From Allosphingosinicella sp. (lineage in GTDB: Bacteria; Pseudomonadota; Alphaproteobacteria; Sphingomonadales; Sphingomonadaceae), in NCBI GenBank assembly GCA_036398895.1, contig DASWOC010000026.1, forward strand, positions 62,293 to 126,292: a stretch of 64,000 nt of DNA. The letters are read 5' to 3'. Under the pieces are notes generated by a model. It did not search any database. It was not told the origin of the DNA and saw only the letters and a program-made list of their open reading frames with translations. This document shows positions 57,577 to 64,000 of the stretch, in pieces. The position numbers were made by a program, and so were the translations under genes. Numbering within the stretch: position 1 is the first letter of the stretch; every line of letters begins with the position of its first letter.

Positions 57577-58326
57577 CTAGACCTGCTGCTTGGCCTGCTG
57601 CCAGAGGTTTTCGAGGCCATCAATATCCATCTCTTTCAAGGGCTTGGCGGCGATTTCTTCCACTTTTCGGAAGCGCGATTCGAAGCGGCCGCTCGCCTCC
57701 CGCAAGGCGGTTTCCGGATCGATGCCCAGATGCCGTGCGTAATTGACCACGCTGAACAGCAGATCGCCGAGTTCGGCGACGCGCTCCTCGCTCGTCGCTG
57801 CCGTGTCCAGCTCACCCAGCTCTTCCAGGATTTTCGCTCGAGGGCCTGCGGCGTCCGGCCAGTCGAAGCCTACCCGCGCCGCCCTCTGCTGGAGCTTCTC
57901 GGCGCGCTTAAGAGCGGGGAGGGCCAGAGCCACGCCCGCGAGCGCGCTCCGGTCCTCCTGGTCCCGGCCGCGCTCGGCGGCCTTCAACGCTTCCCAGCCG
58001 GGGCTCTCGGCCGCGTCTCCGAAGATGTGCGGGTGGCGGCGGATCATCTTGTCGCAGATGGCGGCGACCACATCGTCGATGGCGAAGGCGCCGATCTCCT
58101 CGGCCATCCGGGCATGGTAGACGACTTGCAGCTGAAGATCGCCGAGCTCGTCCTTTAGCGCCTCGATGTCGTTGCGCGCGATGGCGTCCGCGACCTCATA
58201 GGCTTCCTCAACGGTGTAGGGTGCGATCGTCTCAAAGCTTTGTGCCTTGTCCCAGTCGCAGCCCGTTTCCGGATCGCGGAGCCGGCGCATGATTTCGACG
58301 AGGGGAGCGAGGGAATGTGGCGTCAC
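57577..58326 (-). CDS. mazG: Nucleoside triphosphate pyrophosphohydrolase MazG
   Basis: LRDPETGCDWD, EEAYEV, ELGDL twice and RRHPHIF. Confidence 0.95.
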   Translation of the reverse strand: MTPHSLAPLVEIMRRLRDPETGCDWDKAQSFETIAPYTVEEAYEVADAIARNDIEALKDELGDLQLQVVYHARMAEEIGAFAIDDVVAAICDKMIRRHPHIFGDAAESPGWEALKAAERGRDQEDRSALAGVALALPALKRAEKLQQRAARVGFDWPDAAGPRAKILEELGELDTAATSEERVAELGDLLFSVVNYARHLGIDPETALREASGRFESRFRKVEEIAAKPLKEMDIDGLENLWQQAKQQV

Positions 58327-58339
58327 CGAAGCATCCCTT

Positions 58340-58366
58340 TAAGTGCGATAATATACATTATGTAAA
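58340..58366 (-). promoter_or_regulatory. AT-rich putative mazG promoter with a palindromic operator in the spacer
   Basis: Minus strand TTTACA-taatgtatattatcgca-CTTAAA-gggatg. ATAAT-N4-ATTAT palindrome at 58348-58361. Confidence 0.45.
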
Positions 58367-58379
58367 GTACGAGCGAATC

Positions 58380-58976
58380 TCAGGGCGTCAGCACCAGCCA
58401 TTGTCCCTCCACCCGCCACGCGGACAGCGTGGACAGGAAGTTCATCCCAAGGAGATTAGTGTCGCCTAATCCGCTTGCGATATGAACTCCGAGGTCGCGA
58501 CGCTCGATCGTCCCGACAACCAGTCGCTCAGCCCGCCCGCGCTTAGCCTCGACCCTCCCGTTGGCCGTGTCTAGGATCACCGGGTAATTGCCTACCGGCT
58601 CGATGCCGGCCCGCTCGGCGGTTCGCGGCGAGATGGCGGTAACGGTGGCGCCGCTGTCGATCAGGAACCGGACGCTGGTGCCATTGAGCTGCGCATCCAC
58701 CCAGAAATGCCCGTCTTCGCTCTTCTTGATGCGAAGCTCTCCGCCCTGACCCTGCGCAACGCTGGTCGACTCGTTCATGATCCTGCGCCCAAGCGCCTTG
58801 AAGTCGTCCTTCAACGTGAACGCCACGAACGCGGCTGCGAAGATCAGCAGCCAGGCGAGGGCCATTTCGACAGTCTGCGCCCATGGGAGCCGACGCACCA
58901 TCAGCCCGGAGCCGACCAGCACGAGGATCAGCATCAGGTAAACGAAGCTGAGGGCGTCATCTCCGCCGGAGCTCAC
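58380..58976 (-). CDS. Retropepsin-like (clan AA) aspartic protease, membrane-anchored
   Basis: Two TM segments, DGHFWV, FLIDSGAT and LLGMNFL. Confidence 0.9.
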   Translation of the reverse strand: MSSGGDDALSFVYLMLILVLVGSGLMVRRLPWAQTVEMALAWLLIFAAAFVAFTLKDDFKALGRRIMNESTSVAQGQGGELRIKKSEDGHFWVDAQLNGTSVRFLIDSGATVTAISPRTAERAGIEPVGNYPVILDTANGRVEAKRGRAERLVVGTIERRDLGVHIASGLGDTNLLGMNFLSTLSAWRVEGQWLVLTP

Positions 58977-59737
58977 AGCTCTATCTCCATCCCGTCATAG
59001 CCCGGCTCCACCCCCTCCGGCAGCTCGCCGACCAAGGTCGCATAATCCATGCTGTTGTCCATGTGCGTGAGCACGGCGCGCCTGGGGCGAAGGTCCGCGA
59101 TCCAGGTCAGAACCTGGGCGAGATGGGGATGGCTCGGATGCGGCCGGCGGCGCAAGGCGTCCACGATCCATAGGTCGACGCCCTGATAGGCCATCTGCAT
59201 TTCCGGCGTCAGCTCGTTGAAATCCGTGGAATAAACAATCGATCGGCCACCCGCGTCGAAGCGTAGGCCTGCCGTAGTGATGTCCCCGTGCGGCTGGTCG
59301 AATGCCCGGATCGACAGTCCCTTGAGGTTCATGTGGTCCGGAAGCAGATTACCCTCGGCGACGGCCGGATAGCCGCTCTTCCCATCGAATGCGTAGGCGA
59401 AGCGGACGTTGAGGCTGTCGAGCGTCTCCTGCCGGGCGTAGCCGGCCACTGGCCGCCCGCGGGCGTGATAAAGCTGCCTCAGATCGTCGATGCCGTGGCA
59501 ATGGTCGGCATGGTCGTGGGTCCAGATGACGGCCTCGACGTCACTGACGTCGGCATCCAGCAATTGCTCGCGAAGGTCCGGAGTCGTGTCGACGAGGATC
59601 CGGGTGTCCTCGTGGGTCACGAGGATCGACACCCGGCGGCGGCGATTCCGAGGATGAAGCGGATCGCAGAGGCCCCAATCATTTCCCACCCGAGGCACGC
59701 CCGACGACGTGCCGGAGCCGAGGAGCCGGACCTTCAT
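58973..59737 (-). CDS. Metallo-beta-lactamase-fold hydrolase (PhnP/YycJ-like)
   Basis: LLGSGTSSGVP, HDHADHCHG, YSTD and LTHM. Confidence 0.92.
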   Translation of the reverse strand: MKVRLLGSGTSSGVPRVGNDWGLCDPLHPRNRRRRVSILVTHEDTRILVDTTPDLREQLLDADVSDVEAVIWTHDHADHCHGIDDLRQLYHARGRPVAGYARQETLDSLNVRFAYAFDGKSGYPAVAEGNLLPDHMNLKGLSIRAFDQPHGDITTAGLRFDAGGRSIVYSTDFNELTPEMQMAYQGVDLWIVDALRRRPHPSHPHLAQVLTWIADLRPRRAVLTHMDNSMDYATLVGELPEGVEPGYDGMEIEL

Positions 59738-60510
59738 CCCGCTGCCTTTGAGAAGAGCGTCAGGAAATTGTCGCGGGTCCTTTCGGCGAGCCGTTCGACC
59801 GGCTCGCCACGCAGCTCCGCCAGGAAGCGGGCAGTATCAGCGACGAAGGCGGGCTCGCAGGGGCGGCCGCGATGAGGAACAGGCGCCAGAAAGGGAGCGT
59901 CCGTCTCGATCAGCAGGCGATCGGCCGGAACCTGCTTCGCAATCTCCTGAAGGTCCTTGGCGTTCCGGAATGTCACGATCCCCGAGAGGGAAATGAAAAG
60001 GCCGAGATCCAGCGCCTTGCGGGCGAAATCCTCGCTTGCGGTGAAGCAATGGATGACTCCGGTGAAAGCCCCCTTCCCCATCTCCTCGCTGAGGATCGCG
60101 TGCGTATCCTCCTCGGCGTCGCGGGTGTGGACGATGATCGGCAGGCCGGTTTCGCGCGCGGCGGCGATATGGGCTCGAAACGAGGCGCGTTGCCGGTCGC
60201 GGTCGGAATGATCGTAGTAGAAATCCAGGCCGCTTTCCCCGATGCCCACGACGCGCGGATGGGCGGCTCGCTCGACCAGGGTGGCCGTCTGCACGTCCGG
60301 ATGCGCATCGGCCTCGTGCGGGTGGATCCCGACCGAGGCCCAGACGTCCGGCTCGCGCTCGGCGAGGCCGATTACCTCGTCCCATTCCGACTGACGGGTC
60401 GAGATGTTCAGCATCGTCGAAACGCCGGCCGAGCGGGCGCGGTCGAGCACCGCCTGCTGGTCCTCGACCAGACCCTTGTAATTGAGGTGGCAGTGGCTGT
60501 CGGCGAACAC
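59734..60510 (-). CDS. TatD-family hydrolase
   Basis: DSHCHL, GIHPH, GESGLD, VHTRDA, HCF and ETDAPF. Confidence 0.95.
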   Translation of the reverse strand: MFADSHCHLNYKGLVEDQQAVLDRARSAGVSTMLNISTRQSEWDEVIGLAEREPDVWASVGIHPHEADAHPDVQTATLVERAAHPRVVGIGESGLDFYYDHSDRDRQRASFRAHIAAARETGLPIIVHTRDAEEDTHAILSEEMGKGAFTGVIHCFTASEDFARKALDLGLFISLSGIVTFRNAKDLQEIAKQVPADRLLIETDAPFLAPVPHRGRPCEPAFVADTARFLAELRGEPVERLAERTRDNFLTLFSKAAG

Positions 60511-60513
60511 GGG

Positions 60514-62067
60514 CTAGACCGCCTCGAGCCGCGGAAAGATCGGCGTAGGCGGTGCCATGGTGAAGCCCAAGGCCGCGAGGCGTGCGTAGCGCTCCGCATC
60601 GCGGAGGCTGGCGAAGTCCCGCTCGCTCGCCGGAACCCCCATCTGGTCGAGCAGACGGGTCGCGGAGGCGGGAATCACCGGCAGGATCGCGATCGCTAGG
60701 TCGATGATCGCGGCGCACAGCGTCGCAAGCACGGCGGTCATCCGCTCCGGATCGGTCTTGCGCAAAGCCCAGGGTGCCTGAGCGTCGATATATTGATTGC
60801 AGGCAAAGACGGCGCGAAGCCAGGCTTCCACGCCCTGGCTGAGGGCGAGCTCCTCGAACAAGGCCGGCAACTCCTCCGCCGTAGCGCTACGGACCAGAGA
60901 GAGGAGCGCCTCGTCGGCCGGATCTCCCCTCCCCCCCGCCGGCAAGTTCCCGCCGCAATTCTTGACGATGAAGCTCAAAGTGCGCTGCGCGAGGTTGCCG
61001 AAGCTGTTGGCAAGGTCGGCATTGACGCGCGTTACGATCGCCTCCGGGCTGTAGCTGCCGTCGCCGCCGAAGGTAACGTCGCGGACGAGGAAGTAGCGCA
61101 CCGCGTCGACTCCGAACGCCTCCACCATCTCCCGCGGAGAGATCACGTTCCCAGCGGATTTCGACATCTTCTCGCCGCGCAGAAGGACGTGGCCGTGGCC
61201 GAACACCTGTTTCGGCAGCGGCAGCCCCGCCGACATCAGGAATGCCGGCCAATAGACCGCGTGAAACCGCACCACATCCTTGCCGATGACGTGAAGATCG
61301 GCTGGCCAGTACCGCCGGTAAGCCTCTGAGTTCGTGTCTGGATATCCAGCGCCGGTGAGATAATTGGTGAGGGCGTCGAGCCACACGTACATAACGTGGT
61401 TCTCGCTTCCCGGCACCTTCACCCCCCAATCGAAACTGGTTCGGGACACGGACAGGTCCGAAAGTCCCCCTTCGACGAAGCGAAGCACCTCGTTGCGCCG
61501 GCTTTCGGGACGAATGAAGCCGGGATTGTCTCGATAGAGAGCGAGCAGCCTGTCCTGATAGGCGGAAAGCTTGAAGAACCAGCTTTCCTCCACCGTCCAC
61601 TCGACGGCCGTACCCTGGGGGGAAAGCTTCTCACCGCTGTCGGCGACGACGAGTTCCTCCTCATCGTAATAGGCCTCGTCGCGGACGGAGTACCAGCCTT
61701 CGTAGCGGCCGAGATAGAGGTCGCCCCGGTCCGCCATCGCCTTCCAGATGGCCTGGCTGGCGCGATGATGATCGGCTTCCGTCGTCCGGATGAAGCGGTC
61801 GAAAGAAATATGAAGGTCCTCGTCCATCGCCTTGAACAGCGAGGACATTTCAGCCGCAAGCGCCTGCGGCTCCACCCCCTTCTCGCGGGCGGCTTGAGCC
61901 ATTTTGAGGCCATGCTCGTCGGTACCCGTCTGAAAGAAGACATCGCGGCCCATCATCCGCTGGAAGCGGGCGATGACGTCCGTCGTGATCGCCTCATAGG
62001 CATGGCCGACATGCGGCGGCCCGTTAGGATAGTTGATCGCCGTCGTGATGTAGAAAGGATCAGCCAT
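60514..62067 (-). CDS. metG: Methionyl-tRNA synthetase (short form)
   Basis: YITTAINYPNGPPHVGH (HIGH) and KMSKS. Start at ATG 62067. Confidence 0.97.
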   Translation of the reverse strand: MADPFYITTAINYPNGPPHVGHAYEAITTDVIARFQRMMGRDVFFQTGTDEHGLKMAQAAREKGVEPQALAAEMSSLFKAMDEDLHISFDRFIRTTEADHHRASQAIWKAMADRGDLYLGRYEGWYSVRDEAYYDEEELVVADSGEKLSPQGTAVEWTVEESWFFKLSAYQDRLLALYRDNPGFIRPESRRNEVLRFVEGGLSDLSVSRTSFDWGVKVPGSENHVMYVWLDALTNYLTGAGYPDTNSEAYRRYWPADLHVIGKDVVRFHAVYWPAFLMSAGLPLPKQVFGHGHVLLRGEKMSKSAGNVISPREMVEAFGVDAVRYFLVRDVTFGGDGSYSPEAIVTRVNADLANSFGNLAQRTLSFIVKNCGGNLPAGGRGDPADEALLSLVRSATAEELPALFEELALSQGVEAWLRAVFACNQYIDAQAPWALRKTDPERMTAVLATLCAAIIDLAIAILPVIPASATRLLDQMGVPASERDFASLRDAERYARLAALGFTMAPPTPIFPRLEAV

Positions 62068-63046
62068 TCCGTGCCTTGGGCGCCAGCGTCGCGAGGATCC
62101 CCGCCAGCTCGAAGACCACGCTCTCCGGCTCCAGGGAGAGGTGCTTCGCACTTGCGGCGAGGGCCTGCGCCCTTTCCCACAGGCGCACAGCCTCGGCAAG
62201 GGCGGCCCCCGTTCGGCGTTTCGCCTCCTCGGCGACGGCCGACGGCGCCCGCACGAGGAACGCCTCGTAGCGGGGCTGCGCCGCCTTGAGGGCCAGGCTC
62301 TGGGCAAGGGCGCTTCGCCGGGCGTTGGTCGGGTCGCCCTCCCGCACCAGCTCGGCCATCGCCCGGTCCAGCCCCGCAACGTCGAGGCCGCGGAACGCCA
62401 GCGCACGACCGGGCGAGCCCTGCCCTGCCATTGCTAAGTCCCTGATTTCCTTTTCGTCAGCGTCCGGCAGAGCCGCGCGCAAGGCTGACGCCATGGCGTC
62501 GTCCTCTAGGCGGGAGAGGCGCAACTGGCGGCAGCGCGATCGGATCGTCGGGAGGAGACGCTCGGGGGCATGGCTGACCAGCAGGAACAGGCTGTGGGCG
62601 GGCGGCTCCTCCAGGTTCTTGAGCAGGGCATTGGCGGCGTTCCGCTCCAGATCGTCGATCGAATCGATGATCACCACCCGCCATGGGGAGAGCGACGCGG
62701 TCGTCGAAAAGAGCCGCTGGAGCCCCCTCACCTGATCGACCGTGATGTTGCGGGCCAGCTCGCCCGTGGCGCTGCTTTCCCGGGGGAGCCGCTCCAGCCG
62801 CATCAGATCGGGGTGGCTGCCGGCAGCGAAGAGATGGGCGGCGGAGTGGTCGTCGGGGACGTCGAGAGCAGGCGCCTCCACCCCCCCCTGCCCATGCGCG
62901 AGCACTCGGAGCGCGGCCTTGGCCGCGAACGTGGCCTTGCCGACGCCCTCCGGCCCCGAGAGGAGCCAGGCGTGGTGGAGGCGTCCCGCGTCGAGGGCGT
63001 CGCGGAAGGCCGCTACCGCCGGTTCGTGTCCGTGGAGGGGGGTCAA
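62060..63046 (-). CDS. holB: DNA polymerase III delta' subunit
   Basis: HAWLLSGPEGVGKA, HPDL, AANALLKNLEEP and PTIRSRC. Located between tmk and metG. Confidence 0.93.
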   Translation of the reverse strand: MTPLHGHEPAVAAFRDALDAGRLHHAWLLSGPEGVGKATFAAKAALRVLAHGQGGVEAPALDVPDDHSAAHLFAAGSHPDLMRLERLPRESSATGELARNITVDQVRGLQRLFSTTASLSPWRVVIIDSIDDLERNAANALLKNLEEPPAHSLFLLVSHAPERLLPTIRSRCRQLRLSRLEDDAMASALRAALPDADEKEIRDLAMAGQGSPGRALAFRGLDVAGLDRAMAELVREGDPTNARRSALAQSLALKAAQPRYEAFLVRAPSAVAEEAKRRTGAALAEAVRLWERAQALAASAKHLSLEPESVVFELAGILATLAPKARNG

Positions 63047-63666
63047 AGCAGGTCGCTCAGAGCGGCGAGCAGGCGCGTCGTCACCTCTTCCGCCGGCCCA
63101 CCGGCGTCGATCCGCCGATACCGGTGCGGTTCCGCTTCGGCCAAGGCCGAGAAGGCAGCGGCGACTCGGCCATGGTAGTCGGCGCCCCGGCCGCCGATCC
63201 GGTCCGAACCATCGGCGTCCCTGACACGGAGCCGTTCCGAGACGGTCTGCGGCGGGAGCTCCAAGAGGAGCGTCCTGTCAGGAAGAAAGCCGCCGCTTCC
63301 GATCTCGTGAAGAGTGCGGACTCGGTCCACGCCGACGCCCGCGGCGCCGCCTTGATAAGCGAGAGAGCTGTCGAGAAAGCGGTCGCAGAGGACCCATGCC
63401 CCACGCTCGAGCGCCGGGCGGATGGTCTTTGCGACATGGTCCGACCGGGCGGCGGCAAAGAGCAAAGCCTCCGCCTCGGGCGTCCAGCGGTCCTCTCCGC
63501 CTTCGAGGAGGAGTCGGCGGATCGCCTCGGCCCCTGGGCTGCCGCCCGGCTCGCGGGTCTCGATCGCCTCCAGCCCGCGCTCCCGCAGTGCCTGGGCGAG
63601 CCGTTTCAGCTGGGTCGACTTGCCAGCGCCCTCGCCGCCTTCGAGGCTGATGAAGCGGCCGCGCAC
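63043..63666 (-). CDS. tmk: Thymidylate kinase
   Basis: FISLEGGEGAGKST, TREPGG and LCDRFLDSSLAYQG. Confidence 0.97.
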   Translation of the reverse strand: MRGRFISLEGGEGAGKSTQLKRLAQALRERGLEAIETREPGGSPGAEAIRRLLLEGGEDRWTPEAEALLFAAARSDHVAKTIRPALERGAWVLCDRFLDSSLAYQGGAAGVGVDRVRTLHEIGSGGFLPDRTLLLELPPQTVSERLRVRDADGSDRIGGRGADYHGRVAAAFSALAEAEPHRYRRIDAGGPAEEVTTRLLAALSDLL

Positions 63667-63667
63667 C

Positions 63668-64000
63668 TCAGGCGAAAAGCGAGGTGAGCCCCGCCCAGAT
63701 ACGGCCGAAGAAGCCGGCTTCGCCGACCGCCTTCTCCGCCACCAGCGGCATCGCCTGAGGCGGCGTATCCGGGGTAGAGACGATCAGCTCGGCGACCTTC
63801 TGCCCCGCCTTGATCGGAGCTTGCAGGGGGCCGTCATAGACCACCTTCACCCGGATGTTGGAGCTGCCGATGCCCGCTGGAAGCGTCACAGCGAGGTTGC
63901 GGGGCGCGACGAGCCCCACCTCGCCATCGCTTCCGAGCTGAACTTTGGCCTGAGCGACCTTCTCGCCCTTCTGGAAGAGCGGCTGCGACTTCCACGAGCG
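63668..64000 (-). CDS. D-alanyl-D-alanine carboxypeptidase, C-terminal part (5' end off the right edge)
   Basis: PBP5 C-terminal-like YDGPLQAPIKAGQKVAEL...PLVA...GFFGRIW. Conserved position upstream of tmk. Confidence 0.8.
   Translation of the reverse strand, partial: RSWKSQPLFQKGEKVAQAKVQLGSDGEVGLVAPRNLAVTLPAGIGSSNIRVKVVYDGPLQAPIKAGQKVAELIVSTPDTPPQAMPLVAEKAVGEAGFFGRIWAGLTSLFA

Overview
High-GC alphaproteobacterial chromosome segment. Gene order and the tandem Hfq point to Sphingomonadaceae (inference). It is mostly housekeeping: dnaG-rpoD, carAB-greA, eno-ftsB-pdhAB, trmFO-gyrA, tRNA-Ile2/tRNA-Pro, ettA, putP, lipA, ispDF, dusB-ntrYX-hfq-hflX, mazG and metG-holB-tmk-dacA. There is one accessory block after tRNA-Pro (two-component system, serine hydrolase, ABC ATPase, ABC-permease/M1-peptidase fusion). 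I saw no CRISPR array, integrase, transposase, reverse transcriptase or rRNA. The most unusual structure is directly downstream of rpoD (about 800-2340). Three clear, and possibly a fourth, degenerate co-oriented copies of the last 80-140 bp of rpoD (sigma region 4.2 to the stop) occur there, each separated by a single small gene or gene remnant. The copies share synonymous variants that the resident rpoD end lacks, which suggests serial replacement of the rpoD 3' end with capture of small cargo. Other oddities are a 22-nt perfect purine/pyrimidine alternation upstream of gyrA, two probable CUG-initiated coupled genes, ntrBC missing from its usual operon, a two-domain Hfq and a nested palindrome between the tRNAs. 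All alignments and counts were done by hand, and no database searches were run.
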